The translations under genes were made by a program, and so were the position numbers. A DNA stretch of 64,000 nucleotides from an uncultured archaeon (GTDB lineage Archaea; Thermoproteota; Bathyarchaeia; Bathyarchaeales; Bathycorpusculaceae): assembly GCA_963782915.1 (NCBI GenBank), contig CAWALK010000020.1, positions 352,001-416,000 of the forward strand, in the 5' to 3' direction. Positions 11,368 to 21,610 of this stretch are shown one piece after another. Each line of letters begins with the position of its first letter. The first letter of the stretch is position 1. The notes below the pieces were generated by a model. That model saw nothing but the letters and a program-made list of their open reading frames with translations. It was not told the origin of the DNA and searched no databases.

Positions 11368-13133
11368 CAGCTAAAGGTAGCGTTATCCGAGTTGCAGGTC
11401 CAGTCGTTGAAGCCAAAGGCCTTTCAGATTCAGTTATGCATGAAATGGTCGAAGTCGGCAACGACGGCTTGATCGGCGAAATCATCCGTTTAGAAGGCGA
11501 ATACGCCACAATCCAAGTATACCAGAACACCTCTGGCCTAAAACTCAACGAACCGGTAGTAGGTACTGGCAGCCCCCTCTCAGTAGAATTAGGCCCAGGA
11601 TTGTTAGGCAACACCTTCGACGGTATCCAGCGACCTCTCGAAACCATACGGAAACTAACAGGCGCATTCATCAAGCAAACCCACGGCGTAACAGCGCTCG
11701 ACAGAGAGAAAAAATGGACTTTTACCCCTAAAGCTAAAGTCGGCGCAAAACTCGTAGGCGGCGACATCTTGGGAGTAGTCCAAGAAACCGACTTAGTCGA
11801 GCACCGCGTCATGGTGCCCATCGGCGTTTCAGGCAAACTCACATCAATCGCCGCTAAAGGCGACTACACAATAGTCGAAACAATCGCCACATTAGACACA
11901 GACGGAAAAAAAACCGATGTACAAATGCTCCAAAAGTGGCCAGTCAGAAAACCCAGACCCCACACCAAACGCCTCTTCGCCACCGCCCCCCTAATCACAG
12001 GGCAACGCGTCATCGACACATTCTTCCCCATAGCAAAAGGCGGAAGCGCAGCCATCCCCGGACCTTTCGGCGCAGGTAAAACCGTCACCCAACAGCAACT
12101 CGCCAAATGGTCAGACGCCAACATCGTCATCTACGTTGGCTGCGGAGAACGCGGTAACGAAATGGTCGATGTCCTCGACTCCTTCCCTAAACTGCTTGAC
12201 CCAACCACCGGGCATCCACTCATGGAACGCACAATCCTCGTCGCGAACACGAGCAACATGCCTGTTTCTGCCCGTGAAGCCAGCATCTACACAGGCATCA
12301 CCTTGGCCGAATACTACCGTGACATGGGCTACAACGTGGCGTTGATGGCGGATTCAACCAGCAGATGGGCAGAAGCCCTCCGAGAAGTCTCGGGAAGGCT
12401 CGAAGAAATGCCCGCTGAAGAAGGCTTCCCAAGCTATCTACCATCAAGATTAGCCGAATTCTATGAACGCACAGGAGTCGTCGAAACATTAGGCAGCGAC
12501 GAACGTGTCGGTTCAATCTGCGCCATCGGAGCTGTTTCCCCTCCGGGCGGAGACTTCTCAGAACCAGTCACCCAACACACCAAACGTTTCACCCGAGTCT
12601 TCTGGGCGTTGGATGCTGAACTTGCAGATGCCCGCCACTACCCCAGCATTAACTGGATGGCAAGCTACAGCGGCTACATCGCTGACCTCGCCGGTTGGTG
12701 GCACAAAAACGTGGATGAAAAATGGAATAGCTACCGCGAAGAAGCCATGCGCATACTTCAAGCCGAAGACGAACTCAAAAACATCGTCAAACTCGTCGGC
12801 CCCGAAGCCCTACCCGACAAACAGCGCTTAATCCTTGAAACCGCCCGAATAATCCGCATAGCCTTCTTACAGCAGAACGCACTCGACGCAATCGACACCT
12901 ATTGTAGCCCGCAGAAGCAGTTTAAGATGCTAAAAATCATCGTTGACTTCCACCGCCTCGCAGACAACGTCGTGAGCAAAGGTGCGCCAATCTTTAAAGT
13001 CACCGAGTTACCCGTCACAGAAGACATTATGCGCATGAAAAGCAGCATCCCCAACGACCAGATCGCTCGGTTAGATGATGTGGAAAAGAAGATGTATGAT
13101 AACATTGCAATGTTGGAGGCAACTCTGAGGTAA
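11364..13133 (+). CDS. atpA: A/V-type ATP synthase subunit A (catalytic), no intein
   Basis: GPFGAGKT Walker [33 protein letters not shown]. Confidence 0.97.
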   Translation: MTAKGSVIRVAGPVVEAKGLSDSVMHEMVEVGNDGLIGEIIRLEGEYATIQVYQNTSGLKLNEPVVGTGSPLSVELGPGLLGNTFDGIQRPLETIRKLTGAFIKQTHGVTALDREKKWTFTPKAKVGAKLVGGDILGVVQETDLVEHRVMVPIGVSGKLTSIAAKGDYTIVETIATLDTDGKKTDVQMLQKWPVRKPRPHTKRLFATAPLITGQRVIDTFFPIAKGGSAAIPGPFGAGKTVTQQQLAKWSDANIVIYVGCGERGNEMVDVLDSFPKLLDPTTGHPLMERTILVANTSNMPVSAREASIYTGITLAEYYRDMGYNVALMADSTSRWAEALREVSGRLEEMPAEEGFPSYLPSRLAEFYERTGVVETLGSDERVGSICAIGAVSPPGGDFSEPVTQHTKRFTRVFWALDAELADARHYPSINWMASYSGYIADLAGWWHKNVDEKWNSYREEAMRILQAEDELKNIVKLVGPEALPDKQRLILETARIIRIAFLQQNALDAIDTYCSPQKQFKMLKIIVDFHRLADNVVSKGAPIFKVTELPVTEDIMRMKSSIPNDQIARLDDVEKKMYDNIAMLEATLR

Positions 13134-13138
13134 TTATT

Positions 13139-14538
13139 ATGGCTGGTATAGGTTTAGAGTATAAAGGTTTAGCTTCAATTTCAGGACCCATCATCGTTGT
13201 CGAAAACGTCAAGAACGTAGGCTACGATGAACTTGTCTCAGTTAAAACCCAGAGTGGCGAAACCCGCCTGGGCAAAGTTATCCAGGTTAGCCAAAAAGCC
13301 GTCATGGTGCAGGTCTTCGAAGGCACCACAGGATTATCTCTATCGCAGACACGCACACGCTTCCTCGGCCACTCCTTGGAAGTGCCGGTTTCAACGGAAA
13401 TGTTGGGGCGAGTCATGAACAGCTTTGGCGAACCCATCGACGGTCACCCAAGGTTCTTCACGGATGAAAAACGCGATGTTAACGGTTTCCCACTTAATCC
13501 CAACGCACGAGAGTACCCAAGAGACTTCATCCAAACAGGCATATCCGCCATCGACGGCTTAACCAGCCTTGTCCGCGGGCAAAAGTTGCCAGTGTTTTCT
13601 GGTCCGGGTTTATCCCATAACGAATTAGCCGCCCAAATCGTGCGTCAAGCGCAGATTCGCAGTGCCAACGAACCCTTCAACATCGTCTTCATCGCCATGG
13701 GCCTCGAACACGACGACGCAGCCTACTTCAAAAAGAGCTTTGAAGAAACAGGCGCAATCAAAAACGTCGCCATGTTCCTCAACCTCGCCGAAGACCCTCC
13801 GGTTGAGCGTATCATTACACCCCGCGCAGGCTTAACCCTCGCAGAATACCTCGCATTCGAAGAAGACTCACATGTACTCGTTATCATGACGGACATGACA
13901 AACTACTGCGAAGCCCTCCGAGAAGTCAGCTCTTCCATGGAGGAAGTGCCAAGCCGCAAAGGCTACCCCGGCTACATGTACAGCGACTTAGCCAGCATCT
14001 ACGAACGCGCAGGCAGAGTCATCGGCAAAAAAGGCAGCATCACCCAGATGCCCATCTTAACCATGCCAAACGACGACATCACCCACCCAATCCCAGACTT
14101 AACCGGTTACATCACCGAAGGACAAATCGTCCTCTCGCCGCAGTCTTGGAAAAACAGGGGATTTATCCGCCAATCTACATCTCAACCAGCCTCTCCCGAT
14201 TAATGAAAGACGGCATCGGCAAAGGCAGCACCCGCGAAGACCACGCAAACGTCTCAAGCCAACTCTACTCAGCTTACGCCCAATATAACTCGGTCAAATC
14301 ACTGGTTACCATCATCGGCGAAGAAGGCTTAGGCACACGCGACAAAGAATACCTCAGATTCGGCGAACGCTTCGAAAAAACCCTGATTAACCAAGGCAAA
14401 AACGAGAACCGCACAATCGAACAAACCCTTGACATCGCCTGGGACGCATTAAGCGACTTGCCCGAAGAAGAATTAACCTCAATCAAACCCGAATACATCC
14501 AAAAGTACCTACCGAAAACCGATACCGAAGTAAAGTAG
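13139..14538 (+). CDS. atpB: A/V-type ATP synthase subunit B (frameshift ~14140)
   Basis: [40 protein letters not shown]; continues as GIYPPI..SLSRLM. Confidence 0.95.
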
Positions 14539-14546
14539 GCACAAAG

Positions 14547-15218
14547 ATGTCTTCGGAAAACATATCCCCAACAAGGATTAACCTCATCCAAACCAAAAAG
14601 ACTCTGCGTCTTGCGGAGTCTGGACGTGAGGTTCTGGAGCGCAAACGCGACATTCTCCTCCGCGAGCTCAGGGGCAGCGTTTATGATGCTGAGAAGACGC
14701 GGGAGGATTTGTTGGAGGTTCTTGTAAAGGCTTATTCTAGCTTAAAGGAAGCTAACATGGCTAAAGGCTCTGAAGCCATCGCAAATACCGCATTAACCAG
14801 CAGCCACCAAGCGGAATACCTGATCGATTACAGAAGCATCATGGGCGTAACAGTGCCCGTCGTCAATTTCCAAGCAACCCCCGACCTTAAACCCGATTAC
14901 GGCTTCGCCAACACCAGCGCCGAACTAGACAAGGCATTTAAGCAGTTCTACCGTGTACTAGAATTACTTGCGCACCTCGCCAAAGCCGAAGGAACAACTT
15001 TCCAAATAGCTAACGACGTACGCAGAACCCAGCGCCGTGTCAACGCCCTCAACTATGTGCTTATTCCACGTTACCGCAGCACCGCCAAACGGATTGAACA
15101 GGTCCTAGAAGAGAAAGACCGCGAAGAATTCGTTAGAACTAAAAAAATTAAGGGCATGATAAAAAAGAAAGAAATGCAAGAGAGGGAGATTGAAGAATTT
15201 GAAGAAGTTCAGCAGTGA
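14547..15218 (+). CDS. atpD: A/V-type ATP synthase subunit D
   Basis: PTRINL, LERKRDIL, RTQRRVNALNYVLIP, LEEKDREEFVR. Confidence 0.95.
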   Translation: MSSENISPTRINLIQTKKTLRLAESGREVLERKRDILLRELRGSVYDAEKTREDLLEVLVKAYSSLKEANMAKGSEAIANTALTSSHQAEYLIDYRSIMGVTVPVVNFQATPDLKPDYGFANTSAELDKAFKQFYRVLELLAHLAKAEGTTFQIANDVRRTQRRVNALNYVLIPRYRSTAKRIEQVLEEKDREEFVRTKKIKGMIKKKEMQEREIEEFEEVQQ

Positions 15219-15645
15219 AACTATCCAGAAAATTCTAGTTCCCACCGACGGCTCCGAACATAGCATTCGTGCAGCGGAATATGCTATCAGCGTCGCTAAA
15301 ACGCATAATGCACAGGTGATGCTGGTTTATGTGGTTGATGAAGTTGTTATTGACCAGTTTTCTAAGGCTGCCGAGCGCGATGTGGTTGAGGCGGAATTGA
15401 AGAATGATGGTCAACGATTCATCCATTATGTTGTTGGTTTGGCGGAGAAGGAAGGCGTCAAATCTACCTCGATGCTTGTAAAGGGCAGACCCTTTGAACA
15501 GATTGTAAATATTACTAAAAGCTTCGATATCGATTTGGTTGTGATGGGTACCTATGGCCGCCGAGGCCCAGAGCGTATCTTAATCGGTAGTGTGGCTGAA
15601 CGCGTCATCGAATATGCACCCTGCCCAGTGCTCGTCATAAAATAA
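15190..15645 (+). CDS. Universal stress protein (UspA family)
   Basis: KILVPTDGSEHS ... DLVVMGTYG ... IGSVAERVIEYAPCPVLVIK. Confidence 0.92.
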   Translation: MKNLKKFSSETIQKILVPTDGSEHSIRAAEYAISVAKTHNAQVMLVYVVDEVVIDQFSKAAERDVVEAELKNDGQRFIHYVVGLAEKEGVKSTSMLVKGRPFEQIVNITKSFDIDLVVMGTYGRRGPERILIGSVAERVIEYAPCPVLVIK

Positions 15646-15664
15646 ACAATTGGAAGCCACATCC

Positions 15665-15808
15665 ATGTCCACTTTAGACAAACTGCAAAATGACTATCGA
15701 AGCTTTATTGAAAATGTCGAGCGCACAGCGGCGGCGGATATAGAAAAAATCCGCTCAGACCTCAATGCCCTCAAAGAGAAAGCGGCGCAGTTTAATAAAA
15801 CCGCTTAA
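15665..15808 (+). CDS. 47-aa helical hypothetical protein inside the ATP synthase cluster
   Basis: Manual translation MSTLDKLQNDYRSFIENVERTAAADIEKIRSDLNALKEKAAQFNKTA*. Confidence 0.45.
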   Translation: MSTLDKLQNDYRSFIENVERTAAADIEKIRSDLNALKEKAAQFNKTA

Positions 15809-15904
15809 TTCCTTTTCTATACCGAGCGAAGACGTGCTTAAAGAGAAAAAAGTTAATAGCTAACCTTACTGTGGTTTTACAATAGTATTGGAGTTTGACG
15901 TGAG

Positions 15905-16243
15905 TTGAAACGAAAACTATTGCTATTCGTTATAACTACGCTTGTGCTTGTACCTCTTATGGGCATGGCCGCAGCACTAACCGTTCAAACCGTTCAAGAA
16001 CAAAACACTACAACACCCGCTGGTTCTTATGACCGCGTTGCCATTGCAATCGCAGCGACATTAGCCATTAGCATCCCCGGTTTAGCTGCTGGATTAGCCA
16101 TTTCTTCTGCTGGTACCGCTGCAATTAGTGCCTTAGCTGAGAAACCTGAAACCTTCTTCAGGAGCTTTCTGATTGTTGCGTTGGCCGAAGCGTTGGCAAT
16201 TTACGGTTTAATTATGGGTATCTTGCTCTGGCTAAAACTTTAA
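15905..16243 (+). CDS. atpK: A/V-type ATP synthase subunit K (c, proteolipid), single hairpin with N-terminal leader
   Basis: AEKPETF..FLIVALAEALAIYG (ion-binding Glu). Confidence 0.93.
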   Translation: MKRKLLLFVITTLVLVPLMGMAAALTVQTVQEQNTTTPAGSYDRVAIAIAATLAISIPGLAAGLAISSAGTAAISALAEKPETFFRSFLIVALAEALAIYGLIMGILLWLKL

Positions 16244-16358
16244 ATCGCCAAGCTTAACCCCCTTAAAACCGCACAAATTTTTCTTTTTTATTATTCTCTA
16301 CATTCCCTCGATTTGACGGACTAGAAGGAAAAGAGCCTTTTAGCCCAAAAAGAGGTTT

Positions 16359-17867
16359 TTATTGCTGTTGATTCTGCGGTTTTTTCTCGTTATCCTTGAT
16401 AGCCTGCTTTGAGGCTGCCATGGCGATTTCACTCATCCGCGAAATAGCATCTAATCCCCAACGAAGCGCAGTAGCTGGGTCAGAAGCAGCATACTGTGCC
16501 ATAGCCGCTCCCGTTTGTCTAACATTTTCGCTGGGCTGCGACGGGTTTGAGGGATTATTCATCATATCAGAAAACGTTGACATCCCAACTGATAGGGCGG
16601 TTTCTTGAAGCGTACCCGTTAGGGCTCTGGCGGAGGATTCTTCATTGGGAAAAATCATGCCTGAAAGTATGCCTGCGATTGCATCCGAAAATGCTGGGTC
16701 ACTTTTACTTTTTTGCCCCGTTAATTCCACCCATTGAAGCCACGCTTGATTCATGTTCCTATTACGCAACAAGCCCAGTATGAAGGCTGAAAGCCTAAAG
16801 CCATACCCACACTTGCCTTCGATACGTTTTGTGTAGGGTGTTAATGCTGGGGCGGAGAAGTCATTGTTTATCATGCATGTTTGGGCGGTTTCTGCTGCGT
16901 ATTTTGCGCTTAGAAGCCCCATTTGGATGCCTTCGCCGTTATAGGGGTTGACGAGTCCTGCGGCTAAACCGATAACTATGACTCTGTTGCCGATGAGGGG
17001 GACTTGTTCGTCATGGAGGTTTAGTTGGGCAACCTCGATGTTGCCTTTGATTTTGGCGTTTTTGAGGCGAATCCTCATTGCTTCGTCGTTTTGGATGAGT
17101 TTTTTAAGCAACTCTTCGGGGGTCTCTGTTGGTGGAGTGCAGCCTGCTACTATGCCGATGCCCACGTTTGCTTCGTATTTGCTTGTTGGAAAAATCCAGC
17201 TGTAGCCGGGGAAGCTGTCGTTGCCATAGAACAGGTTTGCTTCGTTGGGTGCGCCTGTTACATTTTCAAAGATGGCTCTTGCAACGTATGCGCGTTCGGT
17301 TTTTGACCATTCTGTTCCCTTTAGTTTGCGGGCAACTATGGAGTTGGGTCCGTCGGCTCCGATTAGCAGGCGGGCTCGGATTGTCTTTATCTGTTTGTAA
17401 TGTTCAGCGATGACTGTGACCCAGTCGTTTTCGACGGCAAAATTGATTACTGAGGCTCCTTCGAGGATATTTGCGCCTGCATTGCGTGCCGCTTCCGAAA
17501 CTGCGTTCTCTAAAACTTTTTTTGGGACAATCCTTGCATACCGTGGCATGTCTTCGACAGCCGGGAAATCGTCTGTAACGAGTTTTTTGCCGCTCAGATA
17601 CACGGTGGCATGGTCGATTATGTTGGTTTCTATGATTTGGGGCATGCTTGTTACGCCGAGGTTTTGGAGTTCACGCAACGCGCCTGGGCTTACGCAATAA
17701 CCCAAGTCTCCCCCACGCGGGGAATACTTTTGCTCAAGAACCGTAACTCTCAGACCTGCTTTAGCCATGTAGGTTGCTGCGGTTGCACCGGCTGCTCCTG
17801 CGCCAATAACAACTACGTCGGCGTCAAGGATAGCTTCTAAACGCGGGGTACTCCTCTGTTGTGACAT
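16359..17867 (-). CDS. Geranylgeranyl reductase family FAD oxidoreductase with C-terminal extension
   Basis: VIGAGAAG, LIGADG, PGYSWIFP, AAGLVNPYNGEGI. Confidence 0.85.
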   Translation of the reverse strand: MSQQRSTPRLEAILDADVVVIGAGAAGATAATYMAKAGLRVTVLEQKYSPRGGDLGYCVSPGALRELQNLGVTSMPQIIETNIIDHATVYLSGKKLVTDDFPAVEDMPRYARIVPKKVLENAVSEAARNAGANILEGASVINFAVENDWVTVIAEHYKQIKTIRARLLIGADGPNSIVARKLKGTEWSKTERAYVARAIFENVTGAPNEANLFYGNDSFPGYSWIFPTSKYEANVGIGIVAGCTPPTETPEELLKKLIQNDEAMRIRLKNAKIKGNIEVAQLNLHDEQVPLIGNRVIVIGLAAGLVNPYNGEGIQMGLLSAKYAAETAQTCMINNDFSAPALTPYTKRIEGKCGYGFRLSAFILGLLRNRNMNQAWLQWVELTGQKSKSDPAFSDAIAGILSGMIFPNEESSARALTGTLQETALSVGMSTFSDMMNNPSNPSQPSENVRQTGAAMAQYAASDPATALRWGLDAISRMSEIAMAASKQAIKDNEKKPQNQQQ

Positions 17868-18012
17868 TAACGTGCCCTCTCTTTGTACTCGAGTTAACAC
17901 TTAATGGGTTATAGCGTATTAAAAATTTGTTCATCCGCCATAATATTTGGAGTGCCTAGAGGCTATAGCTGAGGGTAGGCTGGTTTAACTTTCTCTGCTC
18001 TACCTATCAAAA

Positions 18013-18291
18013 ATTGTTTCTATATATAAGGGAGGGGGGTAGCTGGCAGAGCAGCAGAAGTTGCCTATTTATTCTTTATATAAGGGAGGGGTAGGTGCTC
18101 TGAGGTAGGTAGGTCCGCTAAGCCTAAATCTGTTCTGTTTAGCGGATTACTCCACAACCAAACTCAACCCGCCATAAACGCAGACCAGCCAAAACACAGC
18201 CGCCAGTCAAGCCCGCTGTAGTTGTTGTTGAAATAAGAGGAGCTCAAAGCAACAATTAACAAAATGAAAACAAACCCCACCAACTTTTAAT
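18013..18291 (+). repeat. Modular intergenic repeat (two TATA/G-tract modules + hairpin module)
   Basis: TATATATAAGGGAGGGGGG at 18021; TATATAAGGGAGGGGTAGGTGCTCTGAGGTAGGTAGGTCC at 18077 nearly identical to 40927-40969; GTTGTTGTTG 18221; CCAACTTTTAAT 18280. Confidence 0.85.
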
Positions 18292-18422
18292 CCATACATA
18301 ATAAAAGGAGACGCTCAGTCCTTCCAATAATAAATCGCTTCATCGACTGCCCAATCAACAGGCAATGTAACCCTTAATTAGCGTTTCAAGACACAAAGTA
18401 CTGCGTATTAGAAGCGGTTTTT

Positions 18423-18890
18423 ATGTCCCTTGTTGACTTTTTTTCGTCCCTAAAATACGATTTTTCCAGTTTTCTCAACGGCCGCAGCGAAATTAACACA
18501 GACGTCTTCTTGTACCCCAGTAAGTACGCGATATGTTTGCCCATGGAGAAGTTGGTAGCTGACTCAAAAGTATCACGGCAAGGTGTAGAGGTTTACAAAC
18601 AGAAAATCGCTGAGAACCAAAAAATTAACCCAATAATCGTGGTTAAACATCCCCGCAAAGACCTCTACGCCGTTTTGGATGGTCACCACCGATACTACGC
18701 TTTTTTGGAGATGGGCCGAAAAGAGGTCGATTGTGCTCTTGCAGGAGATTACTCAAGTGTAATTTTCTATTTAACCCAGCATGGCTATTTTCAGCCCAGC
18801 CCCGAGTTCACGGAGGGGTTTAGGCAACCTGCAATTCGGCTGCATCAAAACTTGAAGCAGTTTTTAGCGAATTTCCTCAATAAATCCTAG
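18423..18890 (+). CDS. ParB/sulfiredoxin N-terminal domain protein
   Basis: PIIVVKH...YAVLDGHHRYYA motif. Confidence 0.8.
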   Translation: MSLVDFFSSLKYDFSSFLNGRSEINTDVFLYPSKYAICLPMEKLVADSKVSRQGVEVYKQKIAENQKINPIIVVKHPRKDLYAVLDGHHRYYAFLEMGRKEVDCALAGDYSSVIFYLTQHGYFQPSPEFTEGFRQPAIRLHQNLKQFLANFLNKS

Positions 18891-18896
18891 CTATGG

Positions 18897-19037
18897 TTAG
18901 TCGTCGATTGTTTCTGTCATTTCTTTGCCGCAACACCAAGGGGCTTTTTCGATGTTTCGTTTAACGTCGCCTGTACAGGAAACCTCAAACTCCGCTCGCA
19001 CTTTGCGACGGCAAATGGAGCATTCAAACATTGGCAA
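18897..19037 (-). CDS. 46-aa desulforedoxin-like metal-binding microprotein
   Basis: Manual translation MPMFECSICRRK...APWCCGKEMTETIDD* (CxxC...CCG..M). Confidence 0.6.
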   Translation of the reverse strand: MPMFECSICRRKVRAEFEVSCTGDVKRNIEKAPWCCGKEMTETIDD

Positions 19038-19298
19038 TCTAGCGCTTAGCCTCAATTCATGTAGAAGAAATTTAATCTATTAACGTTTCCTGAGGTTCTT
19101 TTCAAACGGATTGGTAAATTCAGCGGATCTGCCTGAATATTATGTGCTTAAGTGCATAGCCTTATAAGTGTCTACGCACCTATATGTTTATGTGAATAAG
19201 TGAATCACAGCGAACAAAGAAAAACAACCAAACAACGCAATAAAGAAATTATCCATCACTTACCACAAAAACATATACAAGCAAACAAGTGACAAAAA

Positions 19299-19439
19299 TT
19301 GGGCCGCATCAACGTTGACATCACAGACGAAATAGAAAAACAACTAAGACTAAAAACCGTAGAACGCTTCGGAGGCAAAAAAGGCGACTTATCCAAAGCG
19401 GTCCAAGAAGCAATACAAACATGGATCAAACAAGAATAA
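19299..19439 (+). CDS. 46-aa ribbon-helix-helix DNA-binding protein
   Basis: Manual translation MGRINVDITDEIEKQLRLKTVERFGGKKGDLSKAVQEAIQTWIKQE*. Confidence 0.7.
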   Translation: MGRINVDITDEIEKQLRLKTVERFGGKKGDLSKAVQEAIQTWIKQE

Positions 19440-19505
19440 CAAAAGAAGCCTCCGTTCCCCGAAACCTAATAACTAAATTATCAAGACGCCACTCAAAAAG
19501 GCACA

Positions 19506-19572
19506 GGGACCAGTTAGCCTCGAATATCCTGCCTGGAAAGGCGGGTATATGGGCAATCTATCTGGCAGTCCC
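19506..19572 (+). other. Long imperfect stem-loop capped by a GGAA tetraloop (candidate ncRNA or terminator)
   Basis: GGGAC/GTCCC, CCAG/CTGG, TAG/CTA and ATATCCTGCCT-GGAA-AGGCGGGTATAT pairings; T-run follows. Confidence 0.45.
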
Positions 19573-19626
19573 CTTTTAGAAAAAAGTTCAAGCAATTCTC
19601 AGACGAATAAGCATTTAATTAATAAG

Positions 19627-19788
19627 GTGAAAAAAGTGGAAAATAAAAAATTAGAAATTGTTTTTACCGACAAGGAAGGGAAATGGTACCCCTTAGACGA
19701 AGTTGACCATGAAACGTTAGCAGAAGGTTTAAGAAAGGTTACTGAAGAAGTCGCCAAACGTCTGCAGTTGCAAAAAGAGCAAAGATAG
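19627..19788 (+). CDS. Small hypothetical protein
   Basis: Downstream part of ORF 19549-19788; start uncertain. Confidence 0.4.
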   Translation: MKKVENKKLEIVFTDKEGKWYPLDEVDHETLAEGLRKVTEEVAKRLQLQKEQR

Positions 19789-19856
19789 AATTTTAGTTTC
19801 CATCTCTTTGAAGCTTAAATACACCTTAGCACTAACAGGATAATGGAGATTTACTT

Positions 19857-20174
19857 ATGGGTAGTTTTTCAGTGACTTTAACCCCAATATGGGAAGCTTT
19901 TTTGAAAGGTTTAGCAGACGACCACGACACAGACGTCAGTAATGTGATTAGTGGCTTGTGTGACTGGGCTTTTTCCAGCTCTGATTATAAAGTGCAGTTT
20001 GAAGATTGGTTGGATAAGGCTTATCCGCCCAAAGGTCAAGCCGAAGACAGAGCAAAAGTTCAGGGCGAAGAAAAAAGCGCACGTGAAGAAGCGCTGCAAG
20101 ATAGAGAGGAAGAAGAAGCCCATGAAGACAGAGACTACAATGAAGATAGATCAGAGGCAGAAAAGTATGAATGA
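19857..20174 (+). CDS. Hypothetical protein with acidic C-terminus
   Basis: 105-aa ORF, GGAG upstream. Confidence 0.55.
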   Translation: MGSFSVTLTPIWEAFLKGLADDHDTDVSNVISGLCDWAFSSSDYKVQFEDWLDKAYPPKGQAEDRAKVQGEEKSAREEALQDREEEEAHEDRDYNEDRSEAEKYE

Positions 20175-20429
20175 GAAAGAAACCATAAAGAAAACTGAGC
20201 AAGAACCAACATCTCAGACCTCTCACCTAAAAAAGCAGCCGCCACGATACGCCTATGAGGACAAAAAAGAAGCGCCAAAAATCCACGAATCCGAAACAGA
20301 GGCTAAACCGAAAAAACAAAGGCAACAAAAAAGAGAACGCTAAAAGCCTATCCCTAAATGGGTTACAAGCGTCTTTAGATGCTCGTCTGGCATTTCCAAA
20401 CAGTACGACGCTCTGTTGCTGGGGAGCCA

Positions 20430-20448
20430 CAGTTACACAGGCTTAATA
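20430..20448 (+). promoter_or_regulatory. CAGT(C/T)ACACAG element directly upstream of a TATA-like box
   Basis: CAGTTACACAG-G-CTTAATA; repeated at 20955, 22488 and 23647. Confidence 0.6.
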
Positions 20449-20485
20449 GCCATTTATGCCCTTATGTTGCTTAAAGGTGTAACTT

Positions 20486-20908
20486 TTGAGTAATCTCATT
20501 ATTGATAATATGTCTTTAACAAGTCTCCTTGTAACTATTGTTGGCTTGATTATTATTTGGATAGTAGTCTCTATACCCGTATGGTTAGCGGGCAAAACAG
20601 TAACCGGTGGAAAAGGTACCTTTGGCGAAGCCATGCTTGCTACACTGCTTGGCCCAATAGTTTACGCGGTCACATTGATTTTGGTGGATGTCTTTCTGGG
20701 AACGATAATTGGTCCTGGGGCTTACATAATTGCGTTAATTTTAGCGTTCATAGCTTGGATATGGGTTTACAAAGCAAGCTTCAAAACGGGTTGGCTAGGC
20801 GGTATTGCAATTGCCATACTTGCAGTGATAATCTTTACAGTGATGAGCTTCGTGTTGGGAATCCTATTTGGTTTAGCCGTTCCTGCTCCATTCTTCCCCC
20901 ACTTCTAA
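20486..20908 (+). CDS. Four-helix membrane protein
   Basis: Hydrophobic 140-aa ORF. Confidence 0.7.
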   Translation: MSNLIIDNMSLTSLLVTIVGLIIIWIVVSIPVWLAGKTVTGGKGTFGEAMLATLLGPIVYAVTLILVDVFLGTIIGPGAYIIALILAFIAWIWVYKASFKTGWLGGIAIAILAVIIFTVMSFVLGILFGLAVPAPFFPHF

Positions 20909-20954
20909 ATGGAGGAAAAGAGCAATAATTAACTCTCTTGTTGATGTGGCAACC

Positions 20955-20974
20955 CAGTCACACAGCTATTTATC
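20955..20974 (+). promoter_or_regulatory. CAGTCACACAG element + TATA-like box
   Basis: CCCAGTCACACAG-CTATTTATC, about 50 nt before the ATG at 21015. Confidence 0.6.
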
Positions 20975-21014
20975 CCCACAATCAGTATTCATATCAAATT
21001 AAGTTGGTTTATTA

Positions 21015-21431
21015 ATGGCAACTCCAGAAGATATAAAAAATATACTTGGCTCAAACGAGAAGGTTGAGCTCTACATTGAGGAAAAAATTTATCATCCTCG
21101 AATAAACATCGAATCCGTAATCATAACAAATGAACGGATAATTTTTAGGCACCCTCATGCACTTGGTTTGAAGAAGGATTACACCGATTACAGCTATAGA
21201 GATATAACAAACGTAACGTTGGACAAAGGAATAGTACGTTCGACAATCAAACTTACGCTCAAGCAGGTGGGAGAGCATCAGGAGAAACAGCAAGAAGACG
21301 AGCATCTGGATTTGGATAACTTGCCGAATGACCTTGCAGAAAAAGGATATGGCATTATAAGAGAAAATATTGGGAAATTCCAATCGCCCTTTTCCACCGG
21401 ATACGCTACTATTCCCAACGCCCCAAAATAG
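21015..21431 (+). CDS. Bacterial-type PH domain protein
   Basis: VIITNERIIF...YSYRDITNVTLDKGI pattern. Confidence 0.75.
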   Translation: MATPEDIKNILGSNEKVELYIEEKIYHPRINIESVIITNERIIFRHPHALGLKKDYTDYSYRDITNVTLDKGIVRSTIKLTLKQVGEHQEKQQEDEHLDLDNLPNDLAEKGYGIIRENIGKFQSPFSTGYATIPNAPK

Positions 21432-21610
21432 TCGTTTAAGCAATCGTAGGCTAACCCTTTTTTTTATTAGCCTTTGAACGGTTACTATAACGCTAAATGT
21501 TCAACACTATTGTTGGTTTGCTATCGAATCTAGCCCATTTATCTTTTTAATTTTTTTAAATCCTCAATAAACATAAATATGTATTTTAACAAAATATTCT
21601 CGAGACCCGA

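Noticed and set aside
11364-13133. Intein in ATP synthase subunit A
   Set aside because: The protein is a normal 589 aa and continuous through the Walker A site.
18013-18890. G-tract motifs as a replication origin (ORB) or as parS sites for the adjacent ParB-like gene
   Set aside because: No ORB core and no cdc6; the motif occurs at many unrelated loci; the ParB-like protein shows no HTH domain and no parA partner.
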